Below, in pieces: positions 10,158 to 18,946 of a DNA stretch of 64,000 nt. The stretch spans positions 6,114 to 70,113 of the IMG/VR virus record IMGVR_UViG_3300042691_017212. One strand, given 5' to 3'. Position 1 is the first letter of the stretch. Each line of letters begins with the position of its first letter. The translations under genes and the position numbers were made by a program. Under the pieces are notes generated by a model. That model searched no databases. It worked only from the letters and a program-made list of their open reading frames with translations, and was not told where the DNA came from. The stretch comes from a virus.

Positions 10158-11516
10158 ATGGCAATTTCTAAAAAAAGATTTGGTACGCAAAGTTCAGCAC
10201 AAGATAACTTCTTAGAGCCAAATGCTGTAACAATCAGCGGAGCTACAATGGTTTCTGGTCGCCCCTATGGAAATGGAGCAATTACATTAACTTACTCCTT
10301 GCCAGCAGCCTCTCCACCAGCAACATTATATACGTTTACATCAACACCAGCAACAACAACTCAAACTTCAACAAATAATTCAACATATACTTTTACTGGA
10401 CTATCTGGAGGTACAAGTTACACAATTACAATAACACCATCAAATGCAGCTGGTAATGGTGCATCCACCACAAGCTCTTCTGTAGCAATTGTAACTGTTC
10501 CACAGGCACCATCTGCTCCAACTGCAACTGCTCAGGTTAATCAAGATTCCGTTTCTTGGTCAGCTCCAGCAAATAATGGTGGCTCGGCAATTACTGGATA
10601 TACATTAAAATCTAGTGATGGTCCAACATACAATTATAATGCTAGTACAACATCAGCAACAATTTCAGAAACTGGTGGAACTAGCCAGACATATCAAGTT
10701 TTGGCTACAAATGCTCAGGGAAACTCGTCATATTCGGCTAGCTCTAATCAAGTTACTACACAATCGCCGTTCTTCCCATTCTTCCCACCGTTCTTCCCAT
10801 ACTTCCCACCGTTCTTCCCGTTCTTCCCGTACTTCCCACCGTTCTTCCCGTACTTCCCACCATTCTTCCCGTTCTTCCCATACTTCCCACCATTCTTCCC
10901 GTTCTTCCCGTACTTCCCACCGTTCTTCCCATACTTCCCGTACTTCCCACCGTTCTTCCCGTACTTCCCATACTTCCCACCGTTCTTCCCATACTTCCCG
11001 TACTTCCCACCGTTCTTCCCATACTTCCCATTCTTCCCAGGCTTTGGACCAAAAGTTCCAGCATACAAGTGCGTATCTGTCGATACTGAAGTTTTGGCTA
11101 AAGACGGATGGAAGAAAGTAGAAAACCTTCAGGTTGGAGATAAATTAATAACAATTCATCCAGAAGATTTTAATTACGAGACACAAAGTGCAAATATAAG
11201 TTCGTCTCAAGTTAAATTTGTAGAAACTACAATTACATCTATAGAATATAGCGAAAAGATGACTTATCAGTTGAACGATTCAGAATCTAAATACTCTGGA
11301 CAGCAACCAATATTTATCAAAGATGGAGACATCTTCTTGGCAACAACAGTAGATACAGTTCAAGAAGGTTCCATAATGCTAAAGGTTGATTCAGATGGAA
11401 ATGTCTCTGAGATTGAATTAAAGTCAATCAAGGAAATGTCAGAAACTAAGGTAGCTGATATAAAGACAGCAGAATATGGATGGCTGATCTCTAAAGATAA
11501 CGTCTTAATGTTCTAA
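10158..11516 (+). CDS. FN3-domain protein with Pro/Phe/Tyr repeat and C-terminal degenerate Hint domain
   Basis: Two FN3-like domains (VSWSAPANNGGSAITGY), a 91-residue P/F/Y-only tract, then CVSVDTEVLAKDGWKKVENLQVGD (Hint block A). Confidence 0.7.
   Translation: MAISKKRFGTQSSAQDNFLEPNAVTISGATMVSGRPYGNGAITLTYSLPAASPPATLYTFTSTPATTTQTSTNNSTYTFTGLSGGTSYTITITPSNAAGNGASTTSSSVAIVTVPQAPSAPTATAQVNQDSVSWSAPANNGGSAITGYTLKSSDGPTYNYNASTTSATISETGGTSQTYQVLATNAQGNSSYSASSNQVTTQSPFFPFFPPFFPYFPPFFPFFPYFPPFFPYFPPFFPFFPYFPPFFPFFPYFPPFFPYFPYFPPFFPYFPYFPPFFPYFPYFPPFFPYFPFFPGFGPKVPAYKCVSVDTEVLAKDGWKKVENLQVGDKLITIHPEDFNYETQSANISSSQVKFVETTITSIEYSEKMTYQLNDSESKYSGQQPIFIKDGDIFLATTVDTVQEGSIMLKVDSDGNVSEIELKSIKEMSETKVADIKTAEYGWLISKDNVLMF
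10767..11039 (+). repeat. Coding tandem repeat of 9-nt and 12-nt units encoding (P)PFF/PYF
   Basis: Only CCA, CCG, TTC and TAC codons over 273 nt. Confidence 0.95.
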
Positions 11517-11528
11517 ATTCAATATATT

Positions 11529-11565
11529 AAAATATAGGAGGGGAAACCCTCCTATATTTTATTTT
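11529..11565. terminator. Rho-independent terminator, probably bidirectional
   Basis: Perfect 14-bp stem aaaatataggaggg-GAAA-ccctcctatatttt. Confidence 0.85.
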
Positions 11566-11570
11566 GGGTA

Positions 11571-11599
11571 TTGAATATGTAAAAATGAAATGATATAAT
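11571..11599 (+). promoter_or_regulatory. Promoter TTGAAT-17-TATAAT with extended TG; leaderless start at 11606
   Basis: The -10 ends 6 nt before the ATG; no SD. Confidence 0.7.
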
Positions 11600-11605
11600 T
11601 CAAAT

Positions 11606-12349
11606 ATGGAATCAAAAACACAATACGACAATTCAGGAGACACCTGGCTATACAAAGATAGGTCAGAAACTGCTTCTAAAAGAATAGAAAGAGTTTTTGG
11701 AGATATAAAAGTAGAAAACCCAGGGCTCGGATTGAATATATATAAAAATGCTTTTACAAAAGATCAGATAGACAACATTATAAATGCACTAGAATCTAAT
11801 GTTGGAAGCGGAGTTTATAGATGGAATGAAGCCACTGTAACAAACTCAACTACACCAATTAAAAAAGCTAGAGACTGCGTTGATTTCAAGATGAGCAGAA
11901 ACTCCCTTGGCCCACGTAATGAAAAGAATGCTGCTCTGCACGATGTTTATGAAACAGTTTTTGATACTCTTAAGAAGTGCGTAGACGATTATTCTAAGTA
12001 TTGGGGCATATTTGTTAACTGGTATGAAGTTTTTAATTTTGTTAAGTATGAGGGTGAAGGAAAAGAGTTTAAGATTCATGGAGACCACGGACCAAAATAT
12101 GTGTGTACAGTTTCTGCAGTAATTTATTTAAACGATGATTACGAGGGTGGCGAAATACATTTCCCAAGGCTAGACGACATTGTAATAAAACCTTCTTATG
12201 GAGACATAGCCGTATTCCCATCAAATTATATATATGAGCATGCCTCATTGCCAATAAAAAGCGGTACAAAGTATTGTGTTGTCATAATGATGGACATTAA
12301 TGATTTGGGTCATAAAGATAACCCATATGCAGTAAAGGTGGAACAGTAG
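11606..12349 (+). CDS. 2OG-Fe(II) oxygenase, prolyl 4-hydroxylase-like (Lys-type)
   Basis: HGD...YLNDDYEGGE...EHASLPIKSGTKY. Confidence 0.85.
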   Translation: MESKTQYDNSGDTWLYKDRSETASKRIERVFGDIKVENPGLGLNIYKNAFTKDQIDNIINALESNVGSGVYRWNEATVTNSTTPIKKARDCVDFKMSRNSLGPRNEKNAALHDVYETVFDTLKKCVDDYSKYWGIFVNWYEVFNFVKYEGEGKEFKIHGDHGPKYVCTVSAVIYLNDDYEGGEIHFPRLDDIVIKPSYGDIAVFPSNYIYEHASLPIKSGTKYCVVIMMDINDLGHKDNPYAVKVEQ

Positions 12350-13032
12350 TGGAACCAGTAGTTGAATCACAAAATGAAATAAAGCAAACCTGGAGCTTAA
12401 AAGAAGATATGGGGAATGGTATCTGGGTATATAGAGATGTTCTTCCAAAAGATTTAGACATCATAAACAGACTAGAGTCTATTCTTGGGGCTTCAAATAA
12501 TTCTTTTAATTGGCAGCCAGCATATGTAGGCTATATGGAAAGAATGCCAGAATATAGAGATTGTGTAGATTTTAAATATAAAAAAGAAAATTTAATTGGT
12601 TATCCAACACAAGCAGCAAAAGATTTAGTTCAAATTTGGCAAGACTGTTATGATAGAAAATCTGAAGCAGTAAAAGATTATTGCAAGATGTATAACATAC
12701 AAGAATTAAGATACTGGGAGTCTTTTAATTTTGTTAAGTATGAACCAGGACATCATTTTATGGAGCATCATGATCATGGGTACTCATACAACTGTACCGT
12801 TTCTTTGGTCTCATATTTAAATGATGATTATGAGGGTGGAGAGATTTATTTTAGATTACAGCAGCTTAACATAAAACCAAAAGCTGGGGACTTATATGTA
12901 TTCCCTTCTAACTTTATGTATCCTCATCAAGCAATGCCAGTAAAGTCTGGAACTAAATACTCATTAGTTACAATGTTAGATTATAGTTCAAAGTATCATA
13001 ACCCTAAGTTCTATCAAGAAACAGGGGACTAA
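12349..13032 (+). CDS. 2OG-Fe(II) oxygenase, prolyl 4-hydroxylase-like (Lys-type)
   Basis: HHD...YLNDDYEGGE...HQAMPVKSGTKY. Confidence 0.85.
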   Translation: MEPVVESQNEIKQTWSLKEDMGNGIWVYRDVLPKDLDIINRLESILGASNNSFNWQPAYVGYMERMPEYRDCVDFKYKKENLIGYPTQAAKDLVQIWQDCYDRKSEAVKDYCKMYNIQELRYWESFNFVKYEPGHHFMEHHDHGYSYNCTVSLVSYLNDDYEGGEIYFRLQQLNIKPKAGDLYVFPSNFMYPHQAMPVKSGTKYSLVTMLDYSSKYHNPKFYQETGD

Positions 13033-13754
13033 TGTCTATACTGAAGGCGTATCAGTCACATGAAAATGCATTAAAGATAACTCCAATGCCAATGCAGAGA
13101 TATTGGGCAGAGGACACTTTTGCACGACACGCCTATCATTGTTTTCCAGTAACTACAGCAAATACTATAGGGTGGTATTTATCTTCTAAATACAGAATTG
13201 TTTTTGAGTGGGACGGAATATATCCAGATCCAACTGGAGAACATTTAACAATTATAGAAGGACAAGATTATTGTCACTCTAAAAGAGGGCATTTAACATT
13301 AAGTATAGGTACTGGATTAAAATTTACATCAGATAAAAATATTAGCTTGTGGACAATCAATCCAGTTAATTATTTTAATAAAGATTGGGAGGTTATGTCA
13401 TCCCTTATTAGTACTTCTTTTTATAACCAAGAACTTCCTTTAGCTCTTAGAGTGATTTCTCCAAATAAAAAAATTGTTATAGAGCCAGGAGAACCAATAG
13501 CAACAATTGTTCCAATATCTTTAAGTTTATTAAAAAATGAATCAATAGACATTTATGATTGGCATATGACAGCAGAATATACACAATATAACAAAGAGTA
13601 TGGAGAGGCTGCTGCACAAAAAAATATGCGTGGAATATGGACGGATTGGTACAGAGATGCAGTAAATTATAAAGGAGAAAAAATAGGAGAACATGAAGCC
13701 AAAGCACTTAAGCTTAAGGTGAATAACTATTCAGAAAGATTTAAGGATGAGTAA
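13032..13754 (+). CDS. DUF6065-like protein
   Basis: HAYHCFPVTTANTIGW and IEPGEPIATIVP motifs; lies within the oxygenase cluster. Confidence 0.55.
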   Translation: MSILKAYQSHENALKITPMPMQRYWAEDTFARHAYHCFPVTTANTIGWYLSSKYRIVFEWDGIYPDPTGEHLTIIEGQDYCHSKRGHLTLSIGTGLKFTSDKNISLWTINPVNYFNKDWEVMSSLISTSFYNQELPLALRVISPNKKIVIEPGEPIATIVPISLSLLKNESIDIYDWHMTAEYTQYNKEYGEAAAQKNMRGIWTDWYRDAVNYKGEKIGEHEAKALKLKVNNYSERFKDE

Positions 13755-14490
13755 TAAAATAAGATTTGTTGCTAATAGGCCATGGTTAGATAAGGACAGT
13801 TTTGGTGCACCCACTACAATACTAAAAACAATTCCAGACTGGTATAGAAAGGCTGACAGGTTTGCAAAAAACCAAAAGGGTGATTTTGTTATCGGACCCG
13901 ATAAAGGAAAGATACCAACGTGGAAAGCTTGTCCAGCAGTATTTGATGTTATGGGTACTGGGTATGCTTATGTAACTCCTTATGACATAGAATTTTTTAT
14001 AAATGATAGGGGCGTGATTGATGCCAAGATATTGAATAATGAAAACAGTCCATCATTTTATCCAAGTTTAGTTACCCCAAGACCTCCAATGCCCCAGTTT
14101 CATCATCCAGAAGGATACTACAAAGATCATTTTGCTTGGTTCCCAGAGTGGGCAATAGAGACCCCAGAAGGATATAGCGCACTGTATGTTCACCCATTAA
14201 ATAGATATGAACTTCCATTCTTTACAGTTAGCGGGATTATTGACAATGACGATGTTAACCTCCCAGGTTCAATGCCGTTTTTTGTAAGGGAGGGATTTGT
14301 TGGTATAATTGAGGCAGGTACCCCGTTTGCACAAATAATACCTTTTAAGCGTGAAGATTGGGAATCCGAAATCATTATAGAAAGTAAATATGATTTAGCT
14401 AGAAAAAATGCAATTAACTCACAAAGATTTAGAAGACCAAATGGTGGGGTATATAAAAATGAGGTTTGGTCTCAAAGGAAATATACATGA
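13747..14490 (+). CDS. DUF6065-related protein (dUTPase-like beta fold suspected)
   Basis: TWKACPAVFDVMGTGY, TPEGYSALYVHPLNR, SGIIDND and GTPFAQIIPFKRE motifs. Confidence 0.55.
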   Translation: MSNKIRFVANRPWLDKDSFGAPTTILKTIPDWYRKADRFAKNQKGDFVIGPDKGKIPTWKACPAVFDVMGTGYAYVTPYDIEFFINDRGVIDAKILNNENSPSFYPSLVTPRPPMPQFHHPEGYYKDHFAWFPEWAIETPEGYSALYVHPLNRYELPFFTVSGIIDNDDVNLPGSMPFFVREGFVGIIEAGTPFAQIIPFKREDWESEIIIESKYDLARKNAINSQRFRRPNGGVYKNEVWSQRKYT

Positions 14491-15164
14491 AAAAAGACTA
14501 TGCTAATGATATGGAATGGCTACAGAATAGAGTTTCTATAACTCCCTCTGGGTTTTTCGGTTCCTCACCAGAAATGATTCAATCTAGAGAAAATTTTATG
14601 ACAGATAAAGAATTAGAATTTTTGTCTAGTCAAGCTAGATCTATTGATGAGTGGGATATAACAGAAACACACTATAATGAAGAAGGCACAATAATATACT
14701 ATTCTGAATACTGGAAAGATCGTGTGGCTTCTAGACCGATATTGGATAAAAAGGATCCTATGATTGCTAGAACTATAGATGGCATGGTTGCAAGATTAAA
14801 AAAAGAAGTAGATAGTTTTTTTAAAGTCAATGCCATACCAACTAGTCCAGCTATAGTTAGATGGATGCCTGGATATAAGCAAGAGCCTCATGCAGACAAA
14901 GAACTTCATATTGGAGATGACGCAGGAAAGCCAAATGATTTTCCATATTATGATTTAGCAGGATTGTTTTATTTAAATGATGATTATGAAGGCGGAGAGT
15001 TATATTTTCCAAATCAAGAAATTAAATTTAAGCCAAAAGCAGGGGCAGCATATTTTTTCCCAGGAGATAAAAATTTTATTCACGGCGTATCAGAAATAAC
15101 TTCTGGAATTAGATATGTGATACCGTTTTTCTGGACTATAGCAGAACATGTAGGAGATAATTAA
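14487..15164 (+). CDS. 2OG-Fe(II) oxygenase (Arg-type); start revised to ATG 14487
   Basis: HAD...YLNDDYEGGE...HGVSEITSGIRY. ATGA overlap with the upstream stop. Confidence 0.85.
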   Translation: MKKDYANDMEWLQNRVSITPSGFFGSSPEMIQSRENFMTDKELEFLSSQARSIDEWDITETHYNEEGTIIYYSEYWKDRVASRPILDKKDPMIARTIDGMVARLKKEVDSFFKVNAIPTSPAIVRWMPGYKQEPHADKELHIGDDAGKPNDFPYYDLAGLFYLNDDYEGGELYFPNQEIKFKPKAGAAYFFPGDKNFIHGVSEITSGIRYVIPFFWTIAEHVGDN

Positions 15165-15166
15165 AA

Positions 15167-16003
15167 ATGTCAATTAACTTTATAGAAATATTTCCAAAAA
15201 TTCATGTATACCCAAATGCATTAGAAAATACAGATTTTTGGATAAAGGATTCTTTAAATGGCTCACATCAATGGAATGATTGGGGAATGTATGGTAAAGC
15301 ATTTTCAACTTCTCAAAATCTTGTAATCCATGAAAAATTCCCAGAGTTTGATCAGTTTTATAAGAATGCAATAAATGAAAGTCACTACCCTTCTTTTGCG
15401 GACGTGTACGGAAAAGCTTTTTACAAAAACACTAAGCACTGGCTAGAAATGTATCCTATGGAATTGGATAACTGGATAAGTTCTGCACCAGCAATATGCC
15501 AGTATACATTAGGGCCAAAAAATGGTCATGGTACTACGTTCGTAATGGCTTATCATTCTGATTATACAATAGGAGAAGAAACTTGGCCTGGAGATAAATT
15601 TGAATTAACTGCAACACTTTATTTAAACGATGACTATGAAGAAGGAGAGATTTGTTTTGTTGTAAAAAATACAGATGGAACAGATACTAGGTTTTCTTAT
15701 AAACCAAAAGCTGGAGACATGATGGTTTTTCCAGCAAGACCTCCTTATTTTCATGCAGTAAAAAGAGCTTATGGAGATAATAGATACATAGTAAGATCAT
15801 TTTGGCAGTGTAGAAAAGATGGAGACGCTGCTTGGCATGAAGGCATTGAAAAATATGGTAAAGAAAAATGGAACGAAATGAAGATGGCAGAAATCCATGA
15901 GTATAGACAAAAGCATATCCCTAATCCAGAAATATACGCAGACAGTTACAACAGAGACAATGAAAGGCTAGGATTAAATCCAGATGGAACTTTTAAAGTT
16001 TGA
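15167..16003 (+). CDS. 2OG-Fe(II) oxygenase (Arg-type)
   Basis: HSD...YLNDDYEEGE...HAVKRAYGDNRY. Confidence 0.85.
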   Translation: MSINFIEIFPKIHVYPNALENTDFWIKDSLNGSHQWNDWGMYGKAFSTSQNLVIHEKFPEFDQFYKNAINESHYPSFADVYGKAFYKNTKHWLEMYPMELDNWISSAPAICQYTLGPKNGHGTTFVMAYHSDYTIGEETWPGDKFELTATLYLNDDYEEGEICFVVKNTDGTDTRFSYKPKAGDMMVFPARPPYFHAVKRAYGDNRYIVRSFWQCRKDGDAAWHEGIEKYGKEKWNEMKMAEIHEYRQKHIPNPEIYADSYNRDNERLGLNPDGTFKV

Positions 16004-16763
16004 TGACCTTGTTATAAAAGAAATCGATACTAGTACATTTATTTACATGAAAAATGAACCCAACAATAAGGGTGTTTTAAATGTACCAGAAAATAAAATT
16101 GTTGAAATACCAAATTTTATTACACCAGATGCTCCAGAAAGACTGATACATTACTTTGAAAATTGCGGAGTAGAATGGGGAGATATTGCTTTTTATGGAT
16201 CCTCTGGAAAGGGTTTAAAGCCTGATGCTGCAAAGTTAGCAGAAAGCGGACTACCCTCAACTTTCTTTGAAGACATAAAGTCTAAGTTTCAAGAATCTGT
16301 AGAGACTGTTTTTGGCAAAAAAGTAAGAGCTAATACTTCCCATGCACAGAAGTGGGATGTCGGAGGATTCGCCCCACCGCATTCAGATAATTCTGACAAT
16401 GATGGAACCCCAAATGCGTTTGAAATAAATAAATATGTTGCAATCTTGTATTTAAATGACAACTATGAAGGTGGAGAGTTGTTCTTTTTAACAGGGTGGC
16501 CAGGAGAAACATGGCTTTCCTTTAAGCCAAATAAGTATTCTTTAATTGTTTTCCCAGGAGGCGTAGAAAATATTCACGGAGTTTCAGAAATAACAAAAGG
16601 AACTAGATACACGATGGTGTCATTTTGGGACTTTGCAGATTTAGAGTATGACAAAGAAACTCTAACAAAATGGGAAGAAATGACAAAAGTGGTAAGGCAA
16701 GAGCAGGCTGTACAAAAAGAAGAATGGAAGGCAGGCATAGGCCTACCTCCAAAAGATAACTAG
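15984..16763 (+). CDS. 2OG-Fe(II) oxygenase (Arg-type)
   Basis: HSD...YLNDNYEGGE...HGVSEITKGTRY. Confidence 0.85.
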   Translation: MELLKFDDLVIKEIDTSTFIYMKNEPNNKGVLNVPENKIVEIPNFITPDAPERLIHYFENCGVEWGDIAFYGSSGKGLKPDAAKLAESGLPSTFFEDIKSKFQESVETVFGKKVRANTSHAQKWDVGGFAPPHSDNSDNDGTPNAFEINKYVAILYLNDNYEGGELFFLTGWPGETWLSFKPNKYSLIVFPGGVENIHGVSEITKGTRYTMVSFWDFADLEYDKETLTKWEEMTKVVRQEQAVQKEEWKAGIGLPPKDN

Positions 16764-16772
16764 TGATATAAT
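16764..16772 (+). promoter_or_regulatory. Extended -10 TGATATAAT; leaderless start at 16779
   Basis: The -10 ends 6 nt before the ATG. Confidence 0.6.
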
Positions 16773-16778
16773 TTTAAA

Positions 16779-18539
16779 ATGTCATACTATTATAATGTAT
16801 TAAAAGATTCACCAGTTGGTTTCTGGAAACTTGATGAAACCGAAGGGGCTACTTGTTATGATAGTTCTGGATGTGGTAATCACGGAAGTTATATTGGAGA
16901 CCTATTAATACAGGCAATTCCCTTAGTAGAAGGTGGATTGCATTCTACTAAAATAACAAATACTAGCTATGTAGAATTTACAGTATCTAAAAATTTTAGT
17001 GGACTTGCAGGAGGCGGAGGTTTTGGAATATCGAAAACATCCGACAATGATTTTTCTTTAGAAATCTGGTTTCATCCTAAAAACATAACTCAAGAAACTC
17101 CAATTTTGGCGGACAGTAACGGGGTCGGAATATATTGGGATAAAGGCAATATTATTTTTAGATTAGAGAATGAGGAAATATTTTACTCTGTTCCTAATTC
17201 CAGCAGGTCCATGCATGTGGTAGCCATGTATGGAGTTAAATATATGTCAATGTATTTAGATGGAAATTTAGTAGCCTCTAAATCTATTTCTAAAATTGAA
17301 TTTCAAAATGAGAGCCTTGTTTTTAATTGTGGTCCTGCATTACCAAATGAATATTTTCTTATTGATGCTCCAGCAATCTATAGATATTCTTTAAGTCCTA
17401 ACAATATACTAGATCATTATAATAATTTTATTTCCAACACTGAATCTAATATTGTATTGTCAGACTCTGGAGAACTTTTTAAAGCTTCAGAAAAATATCA
17501 AAATATAAATACTACAATTGCATTTCCTGCCCAACTAGATTGGAGATATCATGTTGACGATAATATACTGTATAGAGAGTCAACAAATAGCCTCTACCTA
17601 TCTCCAAACGCCCTTGAAGGAGAGTTTATAAAAGTTATTAGTTTGCCACATTGGAAAAGTTACGTGTCTTCTAAAGTAGAGTGGTTGTCTAGTAATGGCG
17701 TTTCAGTTTATGTTTCTACTAGTGGAGAGTCTGGGCCATGGCAAGAATGTGAAAACGGAAAAGCGTTACCAGGATTTTCACAGGGATTAAATTTTTTAGA
17801 TAAAAAAGTTTTATTTTTTAAATTCAAATTTGAGTCGGAAGATGCTGCAATTTATACACCTGAACTTTATTATGTTAAAATTCATTTTTATGACGAGAAG
17901 AAAGTTTTAGCGCATGGTGGAGGAAGTATAATATCTACATCACAACCTAACTCAGGATCCTCTTGGGAAATATCAGTGTCTAATGATAGTAGCAATATAC
18001 TATTAAGAAAAAGTGACAACGGAATAACAACAAGTAATTCAATTTTTTACATAGATACAGATAAAGATATAAAGTCTTTAGAGATGATATTCTCCCCTAA
18101 ATCATTATCTAATGGATATCTATTTTATAATAAAACTGGATCAACAGAGTCCTACGTGTCCTGGTCAACAAACGGGGCAATATCCAAAAATAATATTTCT
18201 GGGCTTTTTGTAAATGGGCAAAATGTATCTTCTGAGTTAAACATATCTAATTATTTATACCTAGAAGACCCAAATTATATTTTGATAAAAACTACATCGT
18301 CTATGACTGGGCAAATATGGTTGAATGGTAAGCAGGATGTCGGAAATAGGTCTGGCGTACTAGACGATAATACTTATCAAAATATAGCTATATATGAGTC
18401 TGATTCTATAGATCACCTAAAACATTATAATCTATATATAGGAAAAGATATTATTGAGGCTAGTGATTCTGTCATTGAGATAACAGAAGAGGCAGTCAAG
18501 ACGTATTCTAGAGACAGGATTTTGTTAAATAATCTATAA
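16779..18539 (+). CDS. LamG/concanavalin-A-like domain virion protein
   Basis: SPVGFWKLDE..DSSG.GNHG, FSLEIWF, HVVAMY..MYLDG and IDAPAIY..L..HY motifs. Confidence 0.7.
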   Translation: MSYYYNVLKDSPVGFWKLDETEGATCYDSSGCGNHGSYIGDLLIQAIPLVEGGLHSTKITNTSYVEFTVSKNFSGLAGGGGFGISKTSDNDFSLEIWFHPKNITQETPILADSNGVGIYWDKGNIIFRLENEEIFYSVPNSSRSMHVVAMYGVKYMSMYLDGNLVASKSISKIEFQNESLVFNCGPALPNEYFLIDAPAIYRYSLSPNNILDHYNNFISNTESNIVLSDSGELFKASEKYQNINTTIAFPAQLDWRYHVDDNILYRESTNSLYLSPNALEGEFIKVISLPHWKSYVSSKVEWLSSNGVSVYVSTSGESGPWQECENGKALPGFSQGLNFLDKKVLFFKFKFESEDAAIYTPELYYVKIHFYDEKKVLAHGGGSIISTSQPNSGSSWEISVSNDSSNILLRKSDNGITTSNSIFYIDTDKDIKSLEMIFSPKSLSNGYLFYNKTGSTESYVSWSTNGAISKNNISGLFVNGQNVSSELNISNYLYLEDPNYILIKTTSSMTGQIWLNGKQDVGNRSGVLDDNTYQNIAIYESDSIDHLKHYNLYIGKDIIEASDSVIEITEEAVKTYSRDRILLNNL

Positions 18540-18601
18540 TTTTGTCATTATGATTGACAAAAGCTGGACTTGAGGCATTGAAAGTGGTAAAATAATTACC
18601 T

Positions 18602-18946
18602 ATGGATATCAAAAAAACAAATGCTAAATTTAAAGAAAACGAAACCAGGCTAGGGGTTTATGTTTGGGAGATGCCTGATGGCCGATGGATAGGCGACGAT
18701 GAAGGTAATTTTCTTTCAATAAGCTCAATGAGGGATAATCGAGACAGAATAAATTTATTGGCCAAGGCAGTAAGAGGTTATGGAATCCATGAGGGTGGCC
18801 CTAAATTCCTTGAAGGAAGTAGGCAAATCGACGATGAAGAATTTGAGTATCAAAAGCAAAGATTAAGGTGGGGCCTAACTCCAGACCCATTAGATATTGG
18901 TGTACATAAAGACGAAATGGCTAAATTAAGGAAGGGCAAACAATGA
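18602..18946 (+). CDS. Hypothetical protein upstream of portal
   Basis: Clean ORF after TGGTAAAAT; ATGA overlap with the portal gene. Confidence 0.65.
   Translation: MDIKKTNAKFKENETRLGVYVWEMPDGRWIGDDEGNFLSISSMRDNRDRINLLAKAVRGYGIHEGGPKFLEGSRQIDDEEFEYQKQRLRWGLTPDPLDIGVHKDEMAKLRKGKQ

Noticed and set aside
10767-11039. Possible CRISPR array
   Set aside because: There are no unique spacers; it is a contiguous in-frame coding repeat. The Cas4-like gene is a stand-alone phage nuclease with no cas operon.
10615-11121. Alternative-frame and antisense ORFs over the P/F/Y repeat (SSRTSH, GKYGKNG collagen-like, GSTGRT)
   Set aside because: They are stop-free by-products of the tandem repeat. Variation is synonymous or F/Y only in the 10158 frame, and they lack initiation signals.
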